NCBI GenBank assembly: GCA_964557845.1
Contig: CAZLBV010000033.1
Location: forward strand, 1-55,925
Reading direction: 5' to 3'
Origin: an uncultured Eubacteriales bacterium
GTDB lineage: Bacteria; Acidobacteriota; Aminicenantia; Aminicenantales; Aminicenantaceae
DNA: 55,925 nucleotides
Part shown: piece after piece, positions 46,923-55,224 of the stretch
Layout of the letters: every line of letters starts with the position of its first letter
How positions within the stretch are numbered: position 1 is the stretch's first letter
Program-made: the position numbers and the translations under genes
Notes under the pieces: model-generated
What the model was told of the DNA's origin: nothing
The model's database searches: none
What the model saw: only the letters and a program-made list of their open reading frames with translations

Positions 46923-47462
46923 ATGGGCAAAAGACGAAGAGCCCGCGAAAGTTCTCTGCAAATCCTTTATCAACTTGAATTCAATGACATTGCCATTGAT
47001 GACTTGCTGAAAGATTTTGCGGGTCAACATAAATTAAAACGAGAAACAGCTGATTATACTTATTCGTTAGTAAACGGTGTTTTAAAAAATAAAAAAGACA
47101 TCGATGATTTAATCAGTTCTATTTCGGTAAACTGGCGGATGTCGAGAATGGCAGTCATCGACAGGAACATTTTGCGCATAGCTGCATTTGAATTGATCTA
47201 TGAAGAGAATATAACCCCGGCAGTGGTTATTAATGAAGCCATAGAGATAGCCAAAAAATACAGCAGTGAGAAATCCGCCAAATTTATCAATGGTATACTG
47301 GATGCTTTAAAGAATAAACTGAAAAGTTTAAAAGAACACAAAGAGGAAAATGATCATGGAGAAGAAAAAACAAACTCCACCTCAATCTCAGAAACAAGCG
47401 GTCGAAACCGAAAAAAGCGATCAAGAGTTGGCGAGGCAAAAAAAATGGGAGAAACTGACTGA
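46923..47462 (+). CDS. nusB: transcription antitermination factor NusB (with ~45-aa C-terminal tail that overlaps lysS)
   Basis: RRRARESSLQILYQLEF, DRNILRIAAFEL and KFINGILDAL, in the conserved ribH-nusB order. Confidence 0.9.
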   Translation: MGKRRRARESSLQILYQLEFNDIAIDDLLKDFAGQHKLKRETADYTYSLVNGVLKNKKDIDDLISSISVNWRMSRMAVIDRNILRIAAFELIYEENITPAVVINEAIEIAKKYSSEKSAKFINGILDALKNKLKSLKEHKEENDHGEEKTNSTSISETSGRNRKKRSRVGEAKKMGETD

Positions 47463-48879
47463 GGAGGGGATCGACCGGTTTCCTCATAAAGCCGAGAAAA
47501 CACATTCTGTTTTTGAGATCGCAACAGATTTTGAGGGGATGTCTGCTGAAAAACTGGAAACTGAAGAAATAAAGGTGAGCGTTCCGGGCAGGATCTTATC
47601 CATCAGAAAGATGGGAAGAGCTATTTTTGCTCATATTTCAGACAGCAGTAAAAAACTTCAAATCTATCTGAGAGAAGACCAGCTTGGAAAAGAAAATTTC
47701 AAGCTGTTTTTACTTATGGATATTGGTGATATCATCTTGGTGCAAGGTAAGCTGTTTAAAACCAGGACAGGTGAACTCACTGTGCTGTGTGAGTCCATAA
47801 CATTTTTGGCTAAATGCTTCCATCCTTTACCCGAGAAGTGGCATGGTCTTCAGGATATCGAGCTCCGCTACCGAAAACGATATCTTGATCTGATAGTAAA
47901 TCCGGAACAGGGGGATATATTTAGACTGCGGAGTAAGATGATTACAGAAATCAGACGTTTTTTTGATGAGAGAGAATATATCGAAGTCGAAACTCCTATG
48001 ATGCATGCTATTCCAGGGGGAGCCTTGGCTAAACCATTTAAGACCTTCCATAATGCTCTGGGGATCGAATTATACCTCCGTATTGCCCCTGAGCTCTATC
48101 TGAAAAGACTGACAGTAGGCGGGTTCGAAAAAGTCTATGAGATAAACAGAAATTTTAGGAATGAAGGGATATCTTCTGAGCACAATCCTGAATTTACCAT
48201 GCTTGAATTTTATGAGGCCTATTGTGATTATAATGATATGATGGAAATGACAGAAGAGCTAATTTATAGGTTAGCTGATAAGCTGCTGGGGTCAGAAGAA
48301 CTGACATTTGGAGAACATAAAATATCCTTGAAGCGGCCCTGGAAGCGGATCAAATTTATGGAAGCCCTGTCCACTTACAGCGGCTTAGCTCCCCATCGCT
48401 TTCAAGACCGGGAAGGAATTATTGAATTTGCTTCTGAGTTAGCTCCGGAAAAAGTCCCCATGACCTATGGGAACGCTCTGGATGTTATTTTTGATAAGTA
48501 TGTGAAATCGAATTTGGTTCAACCCACTTTTGTAATGAATCCTCCCAAAGAAATATCGCCCTTAGCGAAAGCTTCACGGGAAAATCCGGAGGAAGCGGAA
48601 CGTTTTGAGCTGGTGGTGGCTGGGATGGAGATCGCTAACGCATTTAGTGAGTTAACAGATCCGGTGGAACAAAGAGAACGGTTCGAACAACAGGCAGAAG
48701 AAAGAAAAAAAGGAGATGAGGAATCCCATAGAGTCGATCTGGATTATGTCCACGCCCTGGAATATGGACTTCCTCCCACCGGAGGAGAAGGGATAGGAAT
48801 TGACCGGTTGGTCATGCTGTTTGCCGACCGCAGATCTATCCGGGAAGTTATTCTCTTCCCTCTGCTCCGGCCGTTATGA
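47350..48879 (+). CDS. lysS: lysine--tRNA ligase (class II)
   Basis: OB-fold region GRILSIRKMGRAIFAHI, class II motifs YRKRYLDL, FRNEGIS..HNPEFTMLEFY and GEGIGIDRL. The start may be 47350 or 47356 (SD agagga upstream). Confidence 0.95.
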   Translation: MIMEKKKQTPPQSQKQAVETEKSDQELARQKKWEKLTEEGIDRFPHKAEKTHSVFEIATDFEGMSAEKLETEEIKVSVPGRILSIRKMGRAIFAHISDSSKKLQIYLREDQLGKENFKLFLLMDIGDIILVQGKLFKTRTGELTVLCESITFLAKCFHPLPEKWHGLQDIELRYRKRYLDLIVNPEQGDIFRLRSKMITEIRRFFDEREYIEVETPMMHAIPGGALAKPFKTFHNALGIELYLRIAPELYLKRLTVGGFEKVYEINRNFRNEGISSEHNPEFTMLEFYEAYCDYNDMMEMTEELIYRLADKLLGSEELTFGEHKISLKRPWKRIKFMEALSTYSGLAPHRFQDREGIIEFASELAPEKVPMTYGNALDVIFDKYVKSNLVQPTFVMNPPKEISPLAKASRENPEEAERFELVVAGMEIANAFSELTDPVEQRERFEQQAEERKKGDEESHRVDLDYVHALEYGLPPTGGEGIGIDRLVMLFADRRSIREVILFPLLRPL

Positions 48880-48934
48880 TCCACACAGATAGTATTTTTT
48901 CTGAAGTTGAACTGCCTCAGAATACGGAGACCTA

Positions 48935-50152
48935 ATGAGTTTTGAATATTTTATTGCCCGGCGCTATTTAACGGCTAAAAGAAAACAAGCCTTTATTTCT
49001 GTGATCACCTTCATATCTGTTCTTGGGATCACTATCGGAGTCATGGCTCTGGTTATTGCCATAGCTCTGATAACCGGGTTTCAGAATGATGTTCAGGATA
49101 AGATCTTGGGTTCCACTTCCCATATAATGATCTCGGATATAACTGGTGAAGGTATGAGCGATTATCAAGGGTTGATGGAAGCAGTGCAGGAAATAGGTGG
49201 CGTCATATCCGCAACACCTGTTCTTTATGATACTGTTCTTCTCAACGGTCCCTATAAGAGTTCAGGTGCTGTCTTGCGGGGGGTGGATTTCAGCGCAGAA
49301 GTTAACTTTTCCGATTGGATGAAAAATCTGCAAGCAGGAAGGATACCTTCCAATAAGGATGGCAAAGAGATCTTATTGGGAAGGGACCTGGCTTTTAATA
49401 TGGGAGCAGGGATCGGAGACGTGATCACGGTTCTTACGTCGTCTTTCCGTCTTTCACCGGTTGGCCCTATCCCCAGAAGGAAGCAGTTTGAAGTTGTCGG
49501 GATATTCAGGACAGGCCTGTATGAATTCGATTCGTCCAGCGCGTTTATTTCTCTATCAGCTGCGCAGGATCTGTATAAACAGGAAAACAGGATCAGTATG
49601 TTAAATGTAAGGATCGAAGATATCTTTAAAGCTCCCAGTATTGCGGAAAAGATAGAAGTGATTCTAACTCCCGAACTTTTTGCGACAACCTGGATGAAAT
49701 TAAATGAACCATTATTTTCAGCGTTGAAGCTGGAAAAAAAACTGCTGTTTTTTACTATCACTTTGATAGTTCTAGTTGCCGCCCTGAATATTATCGCTAC
49801 CCTTATTCTGATGGTAATGGAGAAAACACGGGATATCGGGATTTTGATCGCCATGGGAACAACAGCACGGAGGATCAAAAAAATATTTTTTGTTCAAGGT
49901 GCGATGATCGGAGTGATAGGAACCACCATGGGAACCTTGTTGGGATTGATATGGTGCTGGTTTGCCAATACCTATAAGATCATTAAACTTCCGGTAGATA
50001 TCTATCCGATCTCTTATGTCCCTTTTCGTTTGGGGATACTTGACCTTTTGATGATTATAGGAATCACATTATTTATCACTTTTTTATCAACCTTGTTCCC
50101 TGCCCACAGGGCTTCTAAGGTTAATCCTGTAATGGCATTGAAATATGAATAA
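48935..50152 (+). CDS. lipoprotein-release ABC transporter permease (LolC/LolE family)
   Basis: MSFEYFIARRYL...FISVITFISVLGITIGVMAL, a periplasmic domain, and the C-terminal FtsX motif MEKTRDIGILIAMG. It overlaps lolD by 8 nt. Confidence 0.85.
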   Translation: MSFEYFIARRYLTAKRKQAFISVITFISVLGITIGVMALVIAIALITGFQNDVQDKILGSTSHIMISDITGEGMSDYQGLMEAVQEIGGVISATPVLYDTVLLNGPYKSSGAVLRGVDFSAEVNFSDWMKNLQAGRIPSNKDGKEILLGRDLAFNMGAGIGDVITVLTSSFRLSPVGPIPRRKQFEVVGIFRTGLYEFDSSSAFISLSAAQDLYKQENRISMLNVRIEDIFKAPSIAEKIEVILTPELFATTWMKLNEPLFSALKLEKKLLFFTITLIVLVAALNIIATLILMVMEKTRDIGILIAMGTTARRIKKIFFVQGAMIGVIGTTMGTLLGLIWCWFANTYKIIKLPVDIYPISYVPFRLGILDLLMIIGITLFITFLSTLFPAHRASKVNPVMALKYE

Positions 50153-50846
50153 TGATCCTTATATATTAAGAGTAGAAGAGCTAAGGAAAGAATATCCGCT
50201 CCCGCAGGGAAAGTTATGTATTTTTGATCATTTTAATTTCAACCTGGAAACAGGCAGCTTGATAGCGATTATGGGGGCCTCCGGAGTCGGAAAAACCACA
50301 TTTTTGAACCTCCTCGGTGCCTTGGATTCTCCCACTTCTGGAAAGATCATTTTTCAGGACAGGGATATTTTTTCACTGAACGAAAATGAAAGAGCTGAAT
50401 TCCGGAATAAGAAGATAGGTTTTATCTTTCAATTTTATCATCTTTTGCCTGAATTCACGGCCATAGAAAATGTCTGTATACCCTTGTTTATTCGCGGGAT
50501 AGAAAAAAGTACCGCTGAAAAAAAAGCCATGCAGATGCTTAAAGAGGTGAAGTTGGAGGACAAGGCCATGGTTCGTCCCAGCCGCCTTTCAGGAGGTGAG
50601 CAGCAAAGGATCGCAATTGCCCGGGCTTTGATCAATGAACCTCAGCTTCTTCTCGCTGATGAACCTACTGGAAACCTTGATTGGAAAACTGGGAAGATAA
50701 TTTTAGAGCTTATTCAGTCCCTTCATTCTAAGAAAGGTCTCTCCTCTATTATTGTCACCCATAATGAAAAAGTAGCCCAATTTTGCCAAAAAGCGTTTCT
50801 TCTGGAGAGCGGTGAACTGAAACTTTTTACGCATTTCTTAAGTTAA
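50145..50846 (+). CDS. lolD: lipoprotein-release ABC transporter ATP-binding protein
   Basis: Walker A GASGVGKTT, signature LSGGEQQR, Walker B LLLADEPTGNLD. It is adjacent to and overlaps the LolC/E-like permease. Confidence 0.88.
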   Translation: MNNDPYILRVEELRKEYPLPQGKLCIFDHFNFNLETGSLIAIMGASGVGKTTFLNLLGALDSPTSGKIIFQDRDIFSLNENERAEFRNKKIGFIFQFYHLLPEFTAIENVCIPLFIRGIEKSTAEKKAMQMLKEVKLEDKAMVRPSRLSGGEQQRIAIARALINEPQLLLADEPTGNLDWKTGKIILELIQSLHSKKGLSSIIVTHNEKVAQFCQKAFLLESGELKLFTHFLS

Positions 50847-50996
50847 ACAAGTGTGAGCCCGTGGAAGAAAAAACACATTGTCTCGTTTTAGAATGAAAAA
50901 TGAGGTTTCTATCGTGAGATAATTCGGTTTAAGAGAGGATTTTTTGTAGGGGCAAATCTTTTTTTTTATGAGTAAATGTGGTATAAGGATATAGTT

Positions 50997-53372
50997 ATGA
51001 AAAAATCGTTTTTTCTAATTTTTATGGTATTTTTCCCCCTGTTGCTTTGGGGGCAGGATGTTGTTGAGAAGATTGAAATCGTTGGTAATGATAGAGTGTC
51101 GAATGAAACCATCGAGTATTATATAACTGTCAGGCCGGGGGATTACTATAGCCGGGAACAACTCATTAGAGATTTTAAGGTGTTATGGTCCACAGGTTTT
51201 TTTTCTGATATTAAAATAGAGGAAGCTGTGGGGCAAAGTGGTAAAATCGTCAAGATCATAGTCGAAGAAAATCCCGTTATCAAAGATATCGTTTATAAAA
51301 CCGGAAAAAAGGTAAAGGAAGACGATATCGTCAATAGATTAAAAGAAGAAGATTCTTATATTATGCCCTATTCTTATTACAGCCCCTATAGAATACAAAA
51401 AATAAAAGAAACGATTCTTGATCTTATGGCTGAAAAAGGATTGGCATCAGCGAAAGTGGAGGAAGAAGTAAACCGTGAGGGTAAGAATGAATTAGAGATT
51501 GTTATTAAAATAGATGAGGGGCCCAAAGTTAGAGTAGGAGAGATCGAGTTTGAAGGGCCCACAAAATTAGCCCCTTCGCTGCTGAAAAGGGCTTTTACGG
51601 AAAACCGGAAACACGGATTTCTGTCCTGGATATTAGGAAAAGATACTTATAAGGAAAACAAATTATCAGAGGATCTGAACAACCTAAAAGCTATTCTTCA
51701 AGAAAATGGATACATGGAATCCAGCATCGGGGAGCCAAAGGTCGTTGAGATAACGAAGCGGTCGATACTTTTTAAGAAGCAGACAATGAAAAAATTGATC
51801 ATTCCTATCAATCCAGGAGTACGATACAGCTTTGGTGAGGTGAAAGTCGAAGGAAACAAAATTTTCAGCACCGAAGGTTTGCTCAACATGGTCCCTTATG
51901 AACAGGATAAAATGTACAGCACAGATGTCCGGGAGAAAGCGGTTGAGAAAATAGGTGAGCTTTACCGGAATTATGGTTATTTGTATGTTCAGATCATTCC
52001 GGTTGAAAACCTTGATCCTGTAAACAAAAAGGTCAACCTGACTTTTAATATATATGAAGGTGAAATTGTTTATCTTAATCGGCTTGAATTCAAGGGAAAT
52101 ACATTTACCAAGGATAAAGTGATCCGGAGGGAGATGCTGCTAAGCGAAGGAGACAGATTGAGTTTAGCCTTGTTTAAAGATAGTATCCTCCGTATGAAAC
52201 AATTGGGTTTGGTGGAAGTGGAAGAAGAACCGAAATTCGAACAGGAACCGGGTGATCCAACCAAGATGAATGTTACCCTAAATGTCACTGAACTCCAGAG
52301 GAATAATATTCAATTCACGGCCGGATACAGCGGATATCAGGGAACCTTTGTTGCTCTTAGTTATTCCACCGTGAATTTTTTAGGAGCAGGTGAAAATCTG
52401 GAGTTAATGCTTCAATACGGAAAACGAATAAAGAACTATTCTTTCGGATTCACTGAGCCATGGCTGTTTGATCTGCCCATTAATGCCGGATTCAGTATCC
52501 ATAACAGGTACATGTATTATCCTTATTTGTTCACTCAGAAATCAAAAGGAGTGAATTTTCATATCGCGGGCAGGCTTTTCCGTTATTGGAGAGCCAGCTT
52601 TAACTATGGTTTTGAGTATCTGGATATCGGTGCAGCAGAGGAAGAAGATGATGATTATTATCCCTATAGCCCGTATTACGGAGGCTATGGTGGTTATGGG
52701 GGATATGGGGGATATGGCGGGTATTCTCCCTACTATTATGGAGGGGGGTATACCTATGGAAATTACAATATCAGCAGTTTTACTCCTTCCATCTACCGCA
52801 ATACAGTAGATAGTCCCCTTACCCCATCCCAAGGAACGCTGTATTTGGTTTCATGCAAAGTTGCGGGCGGTATACTCGGGGGAGATATAAGCTTGATCAA
52901 ACCTCGAGTTGAGTGGACTTACTATCAGCCGGTTATTAAAAATCAATCATTTGGCTTGCATATTGAGTACCAGCTGACCAAACCGCTTAAGGGATCAGAT
53001 GTTCCCTTTTGGGAAAGGTATTATCTCGGCGGAGAACAGTCCATAAGGGGATATGATATTTATACTATAGGTCCCCGGAGTGAATCCGGCTACAATTTGG
53101 GAGGGGAGAAATCACTGGTTTTTAATGCGGAATACATAATGCCTATAGGAGGCCCTCTATATGCGATTCTATTCTTTGATGCTGGAAATGCATTCGCACG
53201 GGAAGAAAAGGTATCATTGAGAAATTTGTATTCCTCAGCTGGTTTAGAGATGAGAGTATTTGTCCCGGCGATACGTGTTCCTTTTAGATTGATTTTTGCA
53301 TATAATAGTCACATAATTCGAGAAGGCGATACGAATTTTGCTTTCCGTTTTGCTATTGGTACAACATTTTAA
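50997..53372 (+). CDS. bamA: outer-membrane protein assembly factor BamA
   Basis: Signal peptide MKKSFFLIFMVFFPLLLWGQ (start chosen at 50997, SD aagga upstream), five POTRA-like repeats (IEIVGNDRVS..., VGEIEFEG..., FGEVKVEGN..., LNRLEFKGNTFTKDKVIRREM), and a barrel with YYLGGEQSIRGY and a terminal F. Confidence 0.9.
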   Translation: MKKSFFLIFMVFFPLLLWGQDVVEKIEIVGNDRVSNETIEYYITVRPGDYYSREQLIRDFKVLWSTGFFSDIKIEEAVGQSGKIVKIIVEENPVIKDIVYKTGKKVKEDDIVNRLKEEDSYIMPYSYYSPYRIQKIKETILDLMAEKGLASAKVEEEVNREGKNELEIVIKIDEGPKVRVGEIEFEGPTKLAPSLLKRAFTENRKHGFLSWILGKDTYKENKLSEDLNNLKAILQENGYMESSIGEPKVVEITKRSILFKKQTMKKLIIPINPGVRYSFGEVKVEGNKIFSTEGLLNMVPYEQDKMYSTDVREKAVEKIGELYRNYGYLYVQIIPVENLDPVNKKVNLTFNIYEGEIVYLNRLEFKGNTFTKDKVIRREMLLSEGDRLSLALFKDSILRMKQLGLVEVEEEPKFEQEPGDPTKMNVTLNVTELQRNNIQFTAGYSGYQGTFVALSYSTVNFLGAGENLELMLQYGKRIKNYSFGFTEPWLFDLPINAGFSIHNRYMYYPYLFTQKSKGVNFHIAGRLFRYWRASFNYGFEYLDIGAAEEEDDDYYPYSPYYGGYGGYGGYGGYGGYSPYYYGGGYTYGNYNISSFTPSIYRNTVDSPLTPSQGTLYLVSCKVAGGILGGDISLIKPRVEWTYYQPVIKNQSFGLHIEYQLTKPLKGSDVPFWERYYLGGEQSIRGYDIYTIGPRSESGYNLGGEKSLVFNAEYIMPIGGPLYAILFFDAGNAFAREEKVSLRNLYSSAGLEMRVFVPAIRVPFRLIFAYNSHIIREGDTNFAFRFAIGTTF

Positions 53373-53419
53373 ATTTTAAAAGCAATTCTCAATATCAAAA
53401 CCTATAAAGGAGGAATAAG

Positions 53420-53953
53420 ATGAGAAGAAGCAGCAAGAAGATATTTTTGTTTATACTTTGCACTGCAGCCTTGGTGCAGTTGGGACTGGCACAGCAAGTG
53501 ATTAAGATCGGAGTGGTTGATTCCCAAAAAGTTCTGGAAAATTCTATTGAGGGTAAAAGAATAATGGCCCAATTGGAAGAAAAGGACAAACAGAACCGGG
53601 ATGCTTTGACCAAAATGGATGATGAGATCAGAAGACTGGAAACCAAACTAAGTACTCAGCGCTTGACTCTTACCCAGGAAGCTATGGCCCAATTGAGCAG
53701 TGATATTGAAAGGAAAAGGACAGAAAGAAAGAGGTATACAGAAGACACTTATACAGAAATGCAGGAACTAACCGGCAGGCTTTTTAATAGGATCCAGAGT
53801 GAATTAATGCCTATTATCGAACAGATCGGTAAAGAAAAAAACGTTGATATTATTTTTGATCTAGCCAGGAGTGGCGCAATCTATTACAATCCGACAATCG
53901 ATCTTACTCAAGATGTTATTACCGCCTACGATGCCTCAAAAGCAGCAAAATAA
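53420..53953 (+). CDS. skp: OmpH/Skp periplasmic chaperone
   Basis: Signal peptide, IGVVDSQKVL start and a long coiled-coil-type region. It lies between bamA and fabZ. Confidence 0.85.
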   Translation: MRRSSKKIFLFILCTAALVQLGLAQQVIKIGVVDSQKVLENSIEGKRIMAQLEEKDKQNRDALTKMDDEIRRLETKLSTQRLTLTQEAMAQLSSDIERKRTERKRYTEDTYTEMQELTGRLFNRIQSELMPIIEQIGKEKNVDIIFDLARSGAIYYNPTIDLTQDVITAYDASKAAK

Positions 53954-54413
53954 AAAAGGTTTATTCGATATAGAAAAAATCCAGGGGATGCTTCCCCATC
54001 GCTATCCCTTCCTGTTGATAGACAGAATATTGGATATGGAGAAGGGAAAATCCATCGTTGCTATCAAAAATGTCACCTGTAATGAATCTTTTTTTCAAGG
54101 GCATTTTCCGAAATTCAAGGTAATGCCGGGTGTGTTGATAATCGAAGGGATAGCCCAGACAGGTGGGGTGCTCCTTTACAATTCTATTCCTGACCCGGAT
54201 AAAAAACTTGTTTTTCTAAGCAAAGTGGATAATGCCAAATTTAGAAAACCTGTGATTCCCGGGGACCAGCTCCGTTTTGAGGTCGAGTTCATTAAGCTAA
54301 AGAAAAAATTCATCCAGATCAAAGGAAAGGCCCTGGTGGATAACGAAATAGTGGTGGAATGCGATATCATTGCTACTCCTATGGATATAGAGGAGCTGTA
54401 TGCCCAAGGATGA
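53931..54413 (+). CDS. fabZ: 3-hydroxyacyl-[ACP] dehydratase
   Basis: LPHRYPFLLIDRI, FFQGHFP..PVMPGVL-type motif (FFQGHFPKFKVMPGVLIIEG). I chose the start at ATG 53931 (MPQKQQNKK...) rather than the ORF-track 53871, which lies deep inside skp. Confidence 0.9.
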   Translation: MPQKQQNKKGLFDIEKIQGMLPHRYPFLLIDRILDMEKGKSIVAIKNVTCNESFFQGHFPKFKVMPGVLIIEGIAQTGGVLLYNSIPDPDKKLVFLSKVDNAKFRKPVIPGDQLRFEVEFIKLKKKFIQIKGKALVDNEIVVECDIIATPMDIEELYAQG

Positions 54414-55224
54414 AACGATCATACATCCCCTGGCAACTGTACACCCGGAAGCGCGGTTAGATACAGGGGTCCATATAGGGCCCTATTCTTTAATAGGGGA
54501 AAATGTATCGATCGGAAAAAATACCTGGATCGATGGCCATGTGAGTATTCAGGGTAAAACTTCCATCGGAGCAAACTGCCGTTTTTCACCTTTTTCTTCT
54601 TTGGGGACAGAACCGCAGGATGTCACCTATCAAGGGGAAAAAACTGCCTTGCGCATCGGGGAAGATAATATTTTTCGTGAATTCATTGTGATCAATAGAG
54701 GAACAATGAAAGGCGGTGGAATGACCTCTATCGGTGATCATAATTACTTCATGGCTCATTCTCATGTGGCCCATGACTGTCAGATCGGCAATGAGACTAT
54801 ATTTTTACATGGAGCGACCTTAGGGGGACATGTCATAGTGGAGGACTATGCTACAGTAGGAGCTACTACCGGTGTCCATCAATTTTGCCGGATTGGGAAA
54901 TATGCCTATATAGGCGGTTATTCCGTCATCACTCAAGATATTGTTCCTTTCAGCTTGGTCGTTGGGGGGAGACCTACCCAATTCCTGGGAATAAATGCCG
55001 TCGGTCTCCGGCGCAAGGGTTTTTCACGTGAGAGGTTAAAAGCCATAAAGGAGATATTTGATCTGGTTTTTTATTCAAACCTTAATACCACTCAAGCCCT
55101 GATTAGAATAAAGAATGAACTACCTGCAAGTGACGACAGGGATGAAATATTGAATTTTATTCAGTCGTCAAAACGGGGCTTTGTAAAAAAGGCAAACAGT
55201 AAATGGCAAAACGGATCGGAATGA
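54400..55224 (+). CDS. lpxA: acyl-[ACP]--UDP-N-acetylglucosamine O-acyltransferase
   Basis: IHPLATVHPEARLDTGVHIGPYSLIGENVSIG hexapeptide repeats, HVAHDCQIGN, and a C-terminal helical domain (NAVGLRRKGFS). Confidence 0.92.
   Translation: MPKDETIIHPLATVHPEARLDTGVHIGPYSLIGENVSIGKNTWIDGHVSIQGKTSIGANCRFSPFSSLGTEPQDVTYQGEKTALRIGEDNIFREFIVINRGTMKGGGMTSIGDHNYFMAHSHVAHDCQIGNETIFLHGATLGGHVIVEDYATVGATTGVHQFCRIGKYAYIGGYSVITQDIVPFSLVVGGRPTQFLGINAVGLRRKGFSRERLKAIKEIFDLVFYSNLNTTQALIRIKNELPASDDRDEILNFIQSSKRGFVKKANSKWQNGSE

Noticed and set aside
49252-49878. 208-aa minus-strand ORF inside lolC/E. Similar long antisense or out-of-frame ORFs occur at 5987-6601, 28102-28485, 29071-29547, 29762-30088, 31397-31747, 31841-32419, 33941-34309, 40303-40671, 40889-41467, 41883-42260, 43458-44006, 46000-42422+4000 region (46000-46422), 55304-55705 and 55476-55838.
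   Set aside because: Each is fully embedded in a strongly supported CDS on the other strand or in another frame, and each lacks recognisable motifs or ribosome-binding sites. I treat them as shadow ORFs.
52680-52724. Short tandem nucleotide periodicity (ggN ggN tat x5) that could be mistaken for a micro-array or CRISPR-like repeat.
   Set aside because: It has a 9-nt period, lies in frame within bamA and encodes GGY repeats. There is no spacer structure, so it is a coding low-complexity tract.
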